A DNA stretch of 64,000 bases from Phoronis australis (lineage: Eukaryota; Animalia; Phoronida), in assembly GCA_002633005.1 (NCBI GenBank), contig NMRA01000339.1:330685-394684 (forward strand), read 5' to 3'. A program made the translations under genes and the position numbers. Under the pieces are notes generated by a model. That model worked only from the letters and a program-made list of their open reading frames with translations, did not search any database and was not told the origin of the DNA. Shown here one piece after another: positions 23,501 through 37,144 of this stretch. Numbering within the stretch: position 1 is the stretch's first letter; each line of letters starts with the position of its first letter.

Positions 23501-26500
23501 CACTTGCAGGCTCAGTTGTAGTATTCGTCAAAGATTAGGCATATCTTTCTAAGTATTGCATTTGTAGTTGTAATTGTCATTGGTTTTCTGTTTCACTCTC
23601 AAATAATAATTCTGTCCTGATGTAGAAGCATTAATGCAGGTTGGTATGTTGTTTTCTATATCATTTGAATGTAAAATTTAACAGTTAATCTCTTACAATT
23701 TACAGCTACTGCTTCAAACCTGCCTTCTTTATACAAAAGTAGCCCTTGATTTAGCTTTGAATATGTCAATCTCAATATGGTGTCCTGTCTGCTTGCCACC
23801 TGTTTTCAGACTTACTTTCATTAGGTCATGTGATGTGGCCAACAGATGGCGTGGTGACGGGACTTAGTATGTTTGCAACTTCATTTAGATGTCTTGCTCG
23901 CTTCAGTAAAAGTATGTTACTCAGAATGGAGGCAACTTGGGTGAACTTGCTGAATTTCAGAATTAGTTATTATTAAGAAAACTTCTGTTTCAGTTTCACA
24001 GGTGTCTTCAGGATGAAGTGGCAAGAAAACGGTGGCAAACGCAGCCTTCACAAACCTCAACCACCAGGGTATGCTTTGAAAGAGAACGTACTAGAACAGA
24101 AAGAGTTGTGTAAAGTTTTTCATAATTGGTGCCAAAATAATGCATGTTCATGTTGTTTGTATATTGATAGGGTTTCATAGTGAAAAAGGCGATAACTCGC
24201 AGCCTTGAACTTTTCAAAATCGTGTTTCTGTAACGTGTACCGTGTTCTTATTCTGAAGATAAGTGAAATTACAGACAATGCCTTAGACATAAATGTAATG
24301 ACACACAGTGTACCCTTACTGCACATTCTGTGTGAATGGTTATCTAATTGTATAAATTCTTTAGCTTAGGAATTATTGTGACAATAAGAATAAGCATTGC
24401 ATTTTGTAAAATATATCAGTCAACATATTTTAAAAAAATCTTTTCATTTTTAGCATGTTTTAATGTACAGCATAGGTGTAGCTGAACACCATTTGGTAAA
24501 TTTTGTAAGCATTTGCAGCTTTGTAATGAGCCTATGAAAATATAAGAAATAGCAAGTTCAGCAATAATTTGTTTTTCTAAAATTCAGTTTGAAGAGTTCT
24601 TGCCTGTTCCTCATTCACCAAAATCTGAATTATTGTCATGAAATGCTCACCTTTTTGGAACTAAAATCTTGGCTTCCATGTAGTGATGTGAATCATTCTG
24701 TGAATAGGTTTTCATATTAGACATCAAAACAGTCAGGTGAGTTGAAGCCTTCTGTTTCAATTTTGTTAACTGGTGCTAGATACGATGTGTGGGTTTAATT
24801 ATCCGGAAGTGAAACTCACACCAGATGGCACATTTGCTTCATGTACATCTTAATTGAAATCACAAGACCAATTGCTTGAAATTCTATAGGTGACTATCTT
24901 GACTGATTGGATCCCTTCCATTCGTTTTCAGGTTTCTTCTGCCGGCGTTCGGGCTGCTGGCATTGTTGGTATAGAAAGGAAAATTCAACAGAAACAGAAA
25001 GAGACTGATAAAAACATCTCAATGGCTTTTGAAGATCTTGACAGGCTAATGGATAAGGTTTGTTTACAAGTCATAGCTAGCAATGAAACTATAAACAAAT
25101 AGTTTGTGATTTCTGAGCTTGTTTGTGTTGGTACAACAAATCATTCTGTTACAAATATGAGCAATCATGAAAAAATTTATCTTCCGTCTGATTTAATGTG
25201 CTTTTGTCCTGTAACTACAGTTTTATCTGTATATGATCTGGTAGCAAGCTTTCTGTTTGTTTGCAACAAAAATAAACGAAATGCTGTTTCACAGGATGTA
25301 CGCATGATGGTGTGTTTTCTTGTAGTGTTGCACGAGAATTGAATCGAAAACAAACACTGTCTGAATATGAAGCAAGAATGACTTTTAGAAAAAAAATGTT
25401 GTTTAATCTTTGTCGTTGCTTCTTGCATTCATTTGCGATATTTTCTGGCAAATGCGCAAGTAATTATGCCAGAAGAAAGTGAATTGTGTTCTTTTTGTTT
25501 ATCATATAGGAAGTTTGAATGCCATAGTTTGTCACGTGGTTCAAAGTTTGTTGCTTTAAATTTACCGTCAATGAAGATCAGCTATTTCTTAAATGTAACT
25601 GTAAAAAAGCAAGAAACAAATCTTCAAAGACTGAAAGAATTTCTGTTTTTCAGACTTACTGATAGTTTTTTTTAATGTTTATTACGAAATCTTCAATACA
25701 ATGAATATACATAACCCAGAAAGCGCCAAGAGGCATTATATCTGGGTTAAACAAATTCAAAGAAATCTAGTGTATACATAAATTATTATTATACACAAAT
25801 ACATAAATTAAAAAACTGATGTTAAGATTACAGTGACAGATGATTACGAAATAAATGTAAATAAATCATTTTCTCACACATTTATACAATTCTATCTACT
25901 CGCAAAAAAGATTTAATGTTATAAAGAAATTTTAGTACTATTTCGAATAAAACCTAATTTTCATTTGGGTTGAGTTCTTGACATCCATATAGAAAAAAAA
26001 TATTTTGTTGTTCAATTGCAGAATTTCAGAATATTTTTTTGTAAACATTGGGGTATTGTTGGAGTCTCTGGAAAAGCTGTACCCTCTGCTCCTTGTATAC
26101 ATCACAAGCAAAGAAACATGTGCATTTGTCTGAGTGTCTCCACAAGAACGCAGAGGCGAAATATTGTTAAAATTATGTCTAAAATCTTCGATGTTTAGGA
26201 ATAGACCGCATCTTAATCTGTATAGGATTATTTCATGGTTGCGAGGAAGTTGGGATGATAGTGATCAAAGCAAGTTTACTCAACGAGACACGTCTTCAAG
26301 GACTGTATCCCATCTATGGCAGTGTTTGTTCTATAAGTTTTATGTATAATGTTACAGGCCAAAGATATGGTATCCTTATCTAAATCCATTGCCAATAAGA
26401 TACGAGACAGACAAGGGGATATAACAGAAGATGAGGTGAGAATTAATAAATTTCATTATTGAGATATTAATTGAAGCAAATGAATCTGTGAAAATAACTG

Positions 26501-29500
26501 CAGAACTTGATTATAAAATTGTTTATGAATATTTGGTTAGACAATAGTGTTTTTGCAACGTATTAATTATTTGGGAGTCTCTAGTTGACCTTGGTGGGAA
26601 TTTCTGAAAGTACGCTTGAAAGAGTGTTTGATGTTCACTTTGTAGACATCTGTTATTTCTTCTTACTGAAAGTCTGCCATATCTGGAACTCAAAATCTTT
26701 CAATAACACCGTAACCATAATTTTTAATCAAAATCAAACTAGAAGTCTCGGATTGTCATTTTGCAGTCGTGGTAAAAAATTGGAAATTTCTGCACAGCTA
26801 ATACTATTTTAAACTCTGTTACTTCATTCTTACAGACTGTCAAGTTTAAGTCTTACCTGCTAAGCATGGGTATTGCTGATCCGGTTACTCGAGAAACGCA
26901 TGGCTCGGGCAACAAGTACTTCAGAGAGCTGGCAAAACAACTTTCCAGCATACTGGAGCAGTCCCTCAAGGTAAACAAAGAATTTGAAGAGCACAAATTA
27001 ACATAATTTACTTGAAAGGTTAATGTCAGTTAATTACACTAACTATATTCGCAACCGGTATCTTCTCATGGGCAAGCGATGGAGGGTCTGTGGAAGAGAT
27101 GGTGAACGTCAAATGTTGGTTATTAGTGCCTAAGCTAGCAGACTTGTGGTACATGCATGTTTGTCGATAACGTAGTATGTGAATTACGCTTCACCTGACA
27201 TGCACTTGTGGTTAACGTTATAGTTTTGGAATCAGTTTTCCAAAACAGCTTTACAGCTAGCAACAACCTGTGAGTAAGATCAGGTCAGTTTGATTTAATA
27301 TGATTTGGACTTATTCTGGGGTCTGTTTTGTGAAAAGTGACTTGAAATTCAGTATTGTGCTCTGACTTCACAGTTCATTAATAATGGTTTAGCTGAGTAA
27401 ATATACACAAATCACAATCTAGAAATAATTTATAGAAATTTTCTCAGGCAGGTATGTGCATATTCCAGCGCGGGGACTTTGCACTTTCGGTCAACGAAGC
27501 TGTATTTTTTACTGAAACAGTTAAGCGGAGCACAAGACCTAATTTCTGAATTAAATCTTAAAAGGGAACTGTATTTTCAGAATAAATTCTGGATAGTTTT
27601 CCATGAATTGTTGATTAATTTCACAAATAATTCAACAACAAAAATTAAACTTATATTCTCTAACGAAGCTCAAAAATTAAACTTATATTCTCTAACGAAG
27701 CTCAAAAAAATTACCGGCTTGGAACGCTGCTTAGTCTAGTGATGTATTTGGCGGGGGCTGTCACTGTCCTACTGTTAGCGTGCAATCAAGTAGCGTTTTT
27801 CATATTGTCGGAATAAGAAATTTTAGTGTGAAATGTCGGGTCACCAGGAATACCTGTTTGAGCCGAGGCAACACAAAGTGATGCCCAGTCATCGTCAGAC
27901 GAAAATTTGCCGGTGCAACCAGTCCGTATCAACAATTTACACTTAGCTGGGCAGATAGTGGAAAAATCATGCATTTGATGATACAAGCACCAAAATTGGC
28001 ATGGTGACTTCCTAAGGTATACTCAACAGATCTACCCGACTAGCCACCTAAAAATCCAAAATGGCGGCCATTTTCAAAATGGCCGCCATTTGGTGCTTGT
28101 GGTTAACGCTTTTCCTCATAAATCTGTCTCTGCCCAACCGATTTTCATGAACTTGTTGTCAAATTATATGTTTTTGGATATGCTGATTTCATTTTTGATA
28201 TTTCCAGAAGCATTTTAACACTATGTAGGCAACTACTGATAAAATAAACAAAAAATTACAACATCAAAATGCATTTTATTAACGAGAAACGGAACTGTGC
28301 TCTCGAACATCAAATACAAAATAAATGGATGGAATCATAAATCACAAACTTAGTCGAACATGAACATCACATTAATGCTAAAATAATATATTGTCCAGTA
28401 TCTATTGTCNGGTGCGCACGCTTGAGTTCACGCACTTGAATTGCTGGAATAGGCCTACACTTTACCTTGGTAATTGAACGTGTGAAAGACAAATCATATT
28501 TCACGCACATAGCCCCAGAAACAAGTAATGGGGTTTGAGAATTTCTTGGCAACTGAAAGTAAAGATGTGATCGCCGTTTGGGGATTAATAGGTTGTCATT
28601 TTCACTTTGGCTGTCTTATGGGAGAAAAACGAGGCGCACATATCTAAGTCACAATTGTCTTGCCGGGACCGCTTGCACGCTAACAATGGGACCGACCAGT
28701 GCCGCAGTGTGATATCAGGGATATTGTCGTGGATATTTGGTAAATGTAATAACGACATCTTAAGTGAAAAACAAACATATTTGTCCACCACAAAGTTTGA
28801 TAAGTTGATCGCTTAAGAATTAATGGAAACACCGCTGTTTTGTGAGGTTTTTTATGTGGCCCGAAACTTTCTTCAGCAAATCCGAAAATTTGCAAAAGTG
28901 GCTGAAAATGTTAGCCAATGAAACGCGTCAAAGATCGATTCTGCATATCCCATGGTCACGCGACTTGCTTACAAGTCATCGGGAGGGCTGTTCTCAGTTA
29001 GTGGTCTTTTGAACTTGGATTTGGCAACAACCAAGTAATGGTCGGATTAACACTAGTTGCTTTATATTTGCCAGGTAGCTGCCGAGAAGTGTAAAAACTC
29101 AGCTCGCATTCGTTGGAAATTCTAGGTCGCATTTTGCGACTTGATACGAGCTGACAAGAATCTCAGCTCGCATTTCCAAATTTCAGGTCACAAATGCGAC
29201 CTGCAGCTCGTTATGTCGAGCCCTGATACACAAATACATAAATTAAAAAACTGATGTTAATATTATAATGACATATGATTACGAAATCAATGTAAATAAA
29301 TCATTTTCATACTCATTAATACAAGGCTATCTACTCGCAAAAAGAGATTTAATATTATAAAAGCAATTTTAGTTAACTAAACCTTATTTTCATTTGAGTT
29401 GAGTTCTTGACATCCATATATGAGAAAAAATAATAATTTGTTGTTCAATTGCAGAATTTCAGAATATTTTTGTAAACATTGGGGGTATTGTTGGAGTCTC

Positions 29501-32500
29501 TGGAATAGCTGTACCCTCTGCTCCTTGCATACATCACAAGCAAAGAAACATGTGCATTTGTCTGAGTGTCTCCACAAGAACACAGAGGTGAAATATTAAA
29601 ATTATGTCTAAATTCCTTGATGTTTAGGAATAGACCGCATCTTAATCTGTATAGGATTATTTCATGGTTTCGAGGAAGTTGGGATGATAGTGATCAAAGA
29701 AAGATTACTCAACGAGACATGTCTTCAAGGAGTGTATCCCATCTATGGCAGTGTTTGTTCTATAAGTTTTATGTTACAGGCCAAAGATATGGTATCCTTA
29801 TCTAAATCCATTGCCAATAAGATACGAGACAGACAAGGGGATATAACAGAAGATGAGGTGAGAATTAATAAATAACATTATTTAGATATTGATTGAAGCA
29901 AATCAATCTGTGAATTACTGCAGAACTTGATTATAAAATATGAACATTTGGTTAGACAATAGTGTTTTTGCAACGTATTAATTATTTTGGAGTCTCTAGT
30001 TGACCTTGGTGGGAATTTTTGAAAGTACGCTTGAAAGAGTGTTTGATGTTCACTTTGTAGACGTCTGTTACTTCTTCTTACTGGAAGTCTGCAAAATCTG
30101 GAGCTCAAAATTTTTCAATAACACCGTAACTATAATTTTTAATCAAAATCAAACTAGAAATCTCGGATTGTCATTTTGCAGTCGTAAACAATTGGAAATT
30201 TCTGCACAGCTAATACTATTTTGTTACTTCATTCTTACAGACTGTCAAGTTTAAGTCTTACCTCCTAAGCATGGGTATTGCTGATCCGGTCACTCGAGAA
30301 ACGCATGGCTCGGGCAACAAGTACTTCAGAGAGCTGGCGAAACAACTGTCCAGTATACTGGAGCAGTCCCTCAAGGTAAATAAAGAATTTGAAGAGCACA
30401 AATTAACATAATTTACTTGAAAGGTTAATGTCAGTTAATTACACTAACTATATTTGCCCCTGTATGGGCATGCGATGGAGGCACTGTGGAAGAGATGGTG
30501 ACCGTCAAATGTTGGTTATTAGTGCCTAAGCTAGCAGACTTGTGGTACATGCATGTTTGTCGATAACGTAGTATGTGAATTACACTTCACCTAACATGCA
30601 CTAGTGGTTAACGCTATTCTTTTGGAATCAGTTTTCCAAAACAGCTTTACAGCTAGCAACAACCTGTGAGTAAGATCAGGTCAGTTTGATTTAATATGAT
30701 TTGGACTTATTCTGGGGTCTGTTTTGTGAAAAGTGACTTGAAATTCAGTCTTGTGCTCCCACTTCACAGTTCATTAATAATGATTTAGCTGGGTAATTAT
30801 GCACAAATCACAATCTAGAAATAATTTATACAAATTTTCTCAGGCAGTTATGCACATATTCCAGTGCAGGGACTTTGCACTTTTGGTCAAGGAGGCTGTA
30901 TTTTTTACTGAAACAGTTGAGCCGAGCACTAGACCTAATTTCTGACTTAAGTCTTTAAAGTCACTTTTCATGAAACATTACCCTAGCAAGGTAACGGAGA
31001 GTTATTTGAGGGAAAGAGAAAAGTTAGTACTTAGACCAGGACGTTTATGGCATATGATTATGCTCGTTTCTTGAAGTATATAATGTACAGGAGTTTTCAA
31101 AAAACGTGATGGAATTTCTGTTTGAAAATATGAACGTTCGAAATAAAATTTTCTGGATAATTTGCAGCCATGTTTTCCGTATTGTTTCCTTCTGTATTTT
31201 CACCATTTCCGTGACGATGTCTGAAGAATTTTGACGGAGCTTATCAACTTTTTTTGAAGAATGCAGTGACTGAGAAATCTAAGCTTTCCTCGCTTTGATC
31301 TATGGGCCATGGTTTAATCTTCATACTCGAAATTGAACTCGGAAGTATTTTTGATAAAATAAATTTTAATCTGTTCTTGTTTTGTGCGAATTCAAAAAAT
31401 TTGTCTATTTCTGTGCATTGTGGTTTACATGGACATTCGTCTGACCCTAGTTTGCACTTGATGACCCCAGCATGGAAGCTACAAGTTCAAGTTTGAACTT
31501 GAAATCTCGAGTTTTAACTTGAATCTAGAGTGAACTTGGAATAGTCAACTGTCCACATAAACTATAATGCACTCTAGCACAAAATAAGACTTGTATCTTG
31601 AATTCACACAAAAGTAGAGCAGAAATTGTCAAAAATAATCTTGAGTACGAAGATTAGTTCATTTGAATAATGTTGTTGATTGTCACCAGGAAAGTGGAGG
31701 TATCATGACGCTGACTGACGTGTATTGTCGGGTCAACCGAGCCAGAGGCATGGAGCTACTGTCTCCTGACGACTTGGTCAATGCCTGTCGGCAGTTGGAT
31801 AGCTTGGGCTTACCTGTCAGGTGGGTGTCTTAATAATTCACGGATTTGTGGAATGAGATGTGTCCAGACATAGTATCTTATAAAATTGCCTATTTATTCA
31901 ACTTATGTTTTTGGGTCAAAAATAAGATGACACTATGGTGGCCTAGCAGAGGCATTGGCAACTTTGCAGTGTGAGAAGTGATGTGTGGATAAATCGGACC
32001 TAAACCATTTCAACCATTCTGTCTCTGTTTAGTTTTCTCCAACATCCTGCATCTCATGTCTTTGTGTTTGTCAGGCTACGCGTGTTTGACAGCGGGGTTA
32101 TGGTGCTTCAACTATTGTCACACAGTGAAGAGGCGCTTACAAAACAAACAAAGGTCCTAGTACAAGACAAGACGTCATTAACAGCCGAAGAATTGTCACA
32201 TCTCGTTGGAGTGTCTGTGGTGTTAGCCAAGGAGAGGTACAGGAAGATATTTTGTCATTGTATATTAGTGTCAGACATGTATTTTGTCATTGTATATTAG
32301 TGTCAGACATGTATTTTGTCATTGTATAGTAGAGTCAGACATGTATTTTGTCATTGTATATTAGTGTCAGACATGTATTTTCTAGAATTCTTAAGACACT
32401 TGCAAGTAAAAGTTTAAGATGCCATATGACAAAAATCAAGATGTAGGGAGGACTCCTCGTCAGAAAGGATCAGCAAGGCTGAAATGGCGTAATTGTATCT

Positions 32501-32958
32501 GGTCACCCAACACCATTTGATGCAGGCATAGTAGTGCAGGTTTTCACTACGAGCCTGGTGCAGACCAGAACCAACTTAGTGATATTTTATTTTTTGGTCT
32601 ATTCTACCAATAAAAACATTCTTTCTGTTTAGGAGAAACGAGGCAAAGGTGAGGAGTGATCATACCTGTATAGTTTTCATTATCCATACTATATGTTACA
32701 AATTATAGATGAACTGCATTATAAGGCAATAAAACTCTCTACTGTAACAATACTTTCGTTGCGACTTGCTTTATTTTGCAAAAAACATTCTTAACTTTGT
32801 GTGATCTTATCTGTATAAAGGTAGTCCTCATAATAACTGATTAATTTTCTCTCATTTCCAGGTTGTTACTGGCAGAAAAGGTTGGAGCAGTGTGCAGAGA
32901 TGACTCAGTTGAGGGACTAAGATACTATCCAAATTTATTTGTGGAGAAAGTTTCATGA
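20582..32958 (+). CDS. VPS36: ESCRT-II subunit VPS36 (EAP45), ~384 aa, 10 exons
   Basis: Exons 20582-20677 ([18 protein letters not shown]), 22075-22143, 23308-23493, 23994-24068, 24932-25057 ([13 protein letters not shown]), 26358-26435, 26836-26970 ([17 protein letters not shown]), 31690-31820 ([15 protein letters not shown]), 32075-32236 ([10 protein letters not shown]) and 32862-32958 ([16 protein letters not shown]..stop). All introns are GT-AG and in frame. Confidence 0.96.
25670..26010 (-). mobile_element. 5'-truncated LINE 3' end related to the element at 3990-6300
   Basis: aacccagaaa..ggcattatatctgggtt (25713-25748) matches aacccagaaa..ggcattatatctgagtt (~4055-4087); both follow a T-rich tail with tttatt. 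Confidence 0.55.
27915..28409. mobile_element. DNA-transposon terminal region (possibly Academ-like), truncated at a contig break
   Basis: Paired aaaatggcggccattttcaaaatggccgcc motif and accaaaattggcatg subterminal motif; absent from the second copy of this intron; ends at N28410. Confidence 0.4.
28411..29225. mobile_element. hAT-like non-autonomous DNA transposon, right end
   Basis: Ends ..tgtcgagccctg (TIR CAGGGCTCGACA) with repeated agctcgcatt/tgcgac subterminal motifs. The next base resumes sequence matching 25791 onward, where no element is present. Confidence 0.6.
29780..30375 (+). CDS. VPS36: Second copy of VPS36 exons 6-7 (29780-29857, 30241-30375), probable alternate haplotype
   Basis: Block 29226-~30960 repeats 25791-~27565. 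Exon differences are synonymous only. The copies are separated by N28410. Confidence 0.85.
31300..31660. mobile_element. Degenerate copy of the MITE family at 48225-48624, abutting the VPS36 exon 8 acceptor
   Basis: aagttc.agtttgaact.gaa..cataaactataatg..ttcacacaaaag..gaaattgtcaaaaata..aagattag is shared with 48405-48611. Confidence 0.65.
32249..32376. repeat. 32-bp minisatellite, 4 units
   Basis: Unit attttgtcattgtatattagtgtcagacatgt. Confidence 0.95.
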
Positions 32959-34065
32959 AATGCCCGTCTCATCCATACAGTTATTCCACAAGAACTACTC
33001 ATTTATGCAGTCACATCTTTGTCAACACAGTAATGCATGGCAGAGCAGCCTTTTTATCTCATCCAACTGTAAGAAAACAGGTTCGTTTGATTGTTTCAGT
33101 TTCCCATGACTGGCTTTGGATCTTTTATCTGTTGATTGTGCCTTATTGCAAGTACAGGGAAATATCTATCATGGACTTTGCAATAACCATTTTAGTGGAG
33201 AAAAGACAGAAGTTATGAATGTCAACAGACGCTTGAGCATCAGTCTCTGAAACATGGACTGCTCATAAAAAATAGCAAATACGCAATAGCTTGCAATATC
33301 AGATTGCTTTTTTGTTGGGTAAAATATCAATTCTGAGAATGTAAAGGTCACAGATGTTATAATTATCTTACGTTGTGCAAAAATTTCAAAAATGTTCGCA
33401 CATAGTAATATTGTATCCCAATTGTCAGATTACCATGTGATCTCAATATACATGTAATGTGTGCTAGATGTTCCAATGAAGTGTACTTTGTCCACAGGGG
33501 CTTGTTATTGTGAATACTGAATGAATGTAGATATGAAGCCGCAACAAAGTTTTTACTCTGGAAACATTTAATAACTTATTTTGCAACAGAAATAATATAT
33601 TTCCATGAAATTATCCCAAATACGTTATGTACACTTGGTAAAAGAACAAAACAACCTAGTTCCTCACTTCCTCAATGCAACCATTAGCAGGTCTTTAACT
33701 ACACATGTGTAAGCGTATAACAGAGCACAAGATCAAATTTTGCAAGTTGCCTGCAACAGATATCTAATTAACCCTCTCTAGTTTTTATAAGCTTGATACT
33801 GAGCTGATATTCCCCTCTAAGAAGCTGCCCAGTTATGCAATGAAACATTTTGTGGGCAGACAAGCAGCAGATCTATCTTAACTGGTATTTTGTAATGGCC
33901 CGTGATTTAACCAGTGGATACTCAGCGTACATCAAATTTCTGTGTCCAATGCACTTGTTGGCAAGTATTAACGATCTTCACACTGTTCATCTGCATTCTT
34001 GTATTGTGTACTTATACACATCCAGAGAACGCTGATTCAATATGCCTTTTTGGCGTTGTAAACCT

Positions 34066-34208
34066 CTAGCCCTCAAACACCCGCTTTCTGTAGAAATGAC
34101 TCAGTCCAAGGGTAAAGTTCCAGCCAAAAATCAGTGATAATATGTACACGACCACAAGCACTGTCAGCGGGAATAGAAACGCCCTGGTTTTCTTGATGAA
34201 TGGTAACA
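34066..34208 (-). CDS. UNC50: Second copy of the UNC50 terminal exon, probable alternate haplotype
   Basis: Matches 39584-39726 apart from one I/V codon. Confidence 0.8.
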
Positions 34209-34352
34209 CTGGAACAACATGAAACACAACATGTTGAAACAACGTTCTGATAAATGCAATCTTATATGTTCATAACAGGAAGTTACATATGACCTATTGA
34301 ATAGGTCATCAGGGCTGCGTTCCGTAGATGCAAGAAACTATGAAAAATGCTA

Positions 34353-35173
34353 CAGTCAAGTGACCTAATTATCGGACGTTTTGGCACATTTTGCATTATA
34401 TTTAATTGAAAATACTACGGATTGTTGTAAATTCTTTGCTGAAATAAAGAATTACCTTTATAGAATTGTTGTGTTACTATATCTTGTCACCGAAAGCCAC
34501 ATTTATGTTCCGACTGAACTTTAAAAAACACAACAAGCAAACCTTCGGAGAACCTAAATATCGGACACCATGTTTCCCCATACGCCACACCGCGGAAAAC
34601 TGACTAACCACGTAATGGCCGCGGGCACCTTGTAGCCAAATTTCAGCTCGAGTGTTTTGACATATATGCTGCTAGAACACAGGTCCATTCGCAACAAAAT
34701 TATCCATGAAATGAAATCTGATGACGGCGCCAAGTCATTTCGATGAATTAGTGCAGACGACTAAAGCACGTGCAAACTCACTGCAGTTTTTATTATCACT
34801 TTGGCTTCTTGATATGACACCCGCACGTGCGCGGTCGGGGTTTGACTTGAGTTTAAAAACAAATAAAAAAATGGAACAGTAACATATTGTCAGTTCAATG
34901 AGAAAGTTTCATTGTGGAAAAAGATTTTATTTTCAACTTTTATAACCGATTTATGCGATCGTCCAGTTTAGGCCGACTTGGGGGTCTAAATTGCACCCTC
35001 TCTCGGTGAAATCAAAACGAGGCAACGCTGTAAAAAACGAGACGGTGCCGGACATTGAATGCATTACAACGGAACAACAATTGGTGTCATTTAATTCTCA
35101 GATTATGCTTCAAGTAAGATTTTTTGAAATGTCCGATATTTAGGTTCCGTCCGATAATTAGGTAGGTGTAGTG
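34353..35173. mobile_element. DNA-transposon end/MITE starting after a TA, with acctaattatcggac inverted and subterminal repeats
   Basis: Begins ta|cagtcaagtgacctaattatcggacg; inverted gtccgatatttaggttccgtccgataattaggt at ~35130-35163; absent at the equivalent site 39870. Confidence 0.6.
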
Positions 35174-36269
35174 TGGGCATGCTTCTATCACAAGCAGTGT
35201 TACAGACACTAACGGATGTAACAAAAATTGAAAGAGCTCTTAAAAAAGAAAAAGACCAAGCTGATGATGGAAATAATGTTGAGCTCACTAGAAAATTAAG
35301 GAAATTGTCATTCAGTTACATGTACATTTAACAGTGCTCAAAGAAATATACTATACATGTCTTGCCACCACAATGAACCACTTGCAACAAATCAGATTTC
35401 ATCACAGGGGAACTTCACAAACAAAAGAAAAGTTGAAAGGCTATCCCAGTTCCAAACATTCAATTGTCAATACGCCTACCTATTCTTAATTTGAAAAGGT
35501 GTCATTCATGGTAAATAATCTTTAGTTTAGGTCACAGAACAAAAATTATTTTGCTTGATGAATTTGTAGTAATAGTGGTCTCAATCTCAAATGTATTGGC
35601 AGTAGTTTTTATCTACATGTAAGTGATAAGCACTGCTTTTTATGAACTTCTAAGCCTATTTTGAGATTTATGTAAAATCATGAGCAGTGTTTGGAATTTG
35701 AGAAATATAAAATGGAAATATTGCCTATGTTCTGTAATTTATTTATCTTGAAAATTCAAATATTGCGTAGGTTTCAGTATCTCACATTTTGAAGATTCTT
35801 GAATTGAGTTTTTAGCAAAGGAAAATTTTTACTCGTCCAATTATGTGCTATTTAAAACAGGAAGCGTCAAATGAAATTTTAGCTCTACAGCAAAAAAGAT
35901 GCTTTTCAATTTCGAACAAAATCTATTACCAAGATGACCATTATTCTAGTTTCAAAGGCTGAACTACAGCATTAAAGATGATAAAAATGTTTCTGTGTTT
36001 CAAATTGTTTGAAGGCAGCTGCACAGTGCAATCAATGCTAGTAACGATGATCATTTCTCTTAATGCTTATTTTTGCTGAGCACTTACTAGACAAAATGAA
36101 ATTTCAGTTGCTGGCCATTGTGTGCTAAAATGAAGATTATTTTGGTTATCTATTCCAGTTAAATAGGATTACTGTAACAAGGTGTTAAGATGAAACGGTA
36201 TCCAGGTTGTCAAAACTTTTTTTTATTTTGGGTAGGGTGCAGGCTTGCAGACATTTTTTTTTAACTTGA

Positions 36270-36620
36270 ACCATTTGTATGCAAGCTGTATGCCGAGACA
36301 CCAACAGTTAACAAAGCACGCTACCACATATTCGGGTTGAAATCTGTGATCTGCCTCCTCATCATGATTGTTTGCTGTTACATGCTTAAACAGCAAACTA
36401 CCAGTGTACCATTCACAAACGAGCCTTGCAACAGCATGTCATTGCACCATCTCCAGTTGCTAATGGGTGGCTTTTGGACCGGGGTAGTCTGATGCTCCAC
36501 TGGATGACTCTGCCTTTAGCCCCAGAAAATGCCATGAAAAATGTTAATGGCAAGTGTAAAAGAAGTGGTTGTAGTAGAAAAATGTGCTCTTGTTTGGAGT
36601 CAGTTCTTTTTGTAGGAGCT
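36270..36620 (+). mobile_element. Degenerate Academ-like transposase C-terminal fragment (Cys-rich CXC region)
   Basis: VNKARY..LPP..CLLLHA*TANYQ..APSPVANGW..LMLHWMTLPLAPE..KCKRSGCSRKMCSC, with stop/frameshift. Confidence 0.65.
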
Positions 36621-37144
36621 CAGAATACAGTAGTATGTTTTCTGGNATGTCTGAAGAATTTTGACGGAGCTTATCAATTTTTTTTGAAAACTACAGATTC
36701 TTGAAGAATGCAGTTGCTGAGAAATCTAAGCTTTCCTCGCTTTGATGTATGGGCCATGGTTTAATCTTCATACTCTAAATCAAACTCGGAAGTATTTTTG
36801 ATAAAATAAATTTTAATCTGTTATAGTTTTGTGCGAATTCAAGATATTTGTCTTTTTCTGTGCTGGAGGTTATTATGGTTTACATGGACATTCGTCTGTC
36901 CCTAGTTTGCACTTGATGACCCCAGCATTGAAGCTACAAGTTCAAGTTTGAACTCGAAGTCTTGAGTTTTTACTTGAATCAAGGGCGAACTTGGAATAGT
37001 CAACCGTCCACATAAACTATAATGCACTCTAGCACAAAATAAAACGTGTACCTTGAATTCACACAAAAGTAGAGCAGAAATTGTCAAAAATAATCTTGAG
37101 TACGAAGATTAGTTTGTTTGAATAATGTTGTTGATTGTCACCAG

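Noticed and set aside
26358-30375. Mutually exclusive exon system in VPS36 (and likewise PCCB)
   Set aside because: The copies encode identical peptides, include whole introns and abut assembly Ns; haplotype duplication is the simpler explanation.
32249-32376. Regular 32-bp repeats resembling a CRISPR array
   Set aside because: Units are head-to-tail with no unique spacers, there are no cas genes, and the context is a eukaryotic intron.
32955-34035. ORFs of 60-87 aa preserved in both duplicate blocks
   Set aside because: They lie in 3' UTR sequence, are shared only because the block is duplicated, and have no recognisable motifs.
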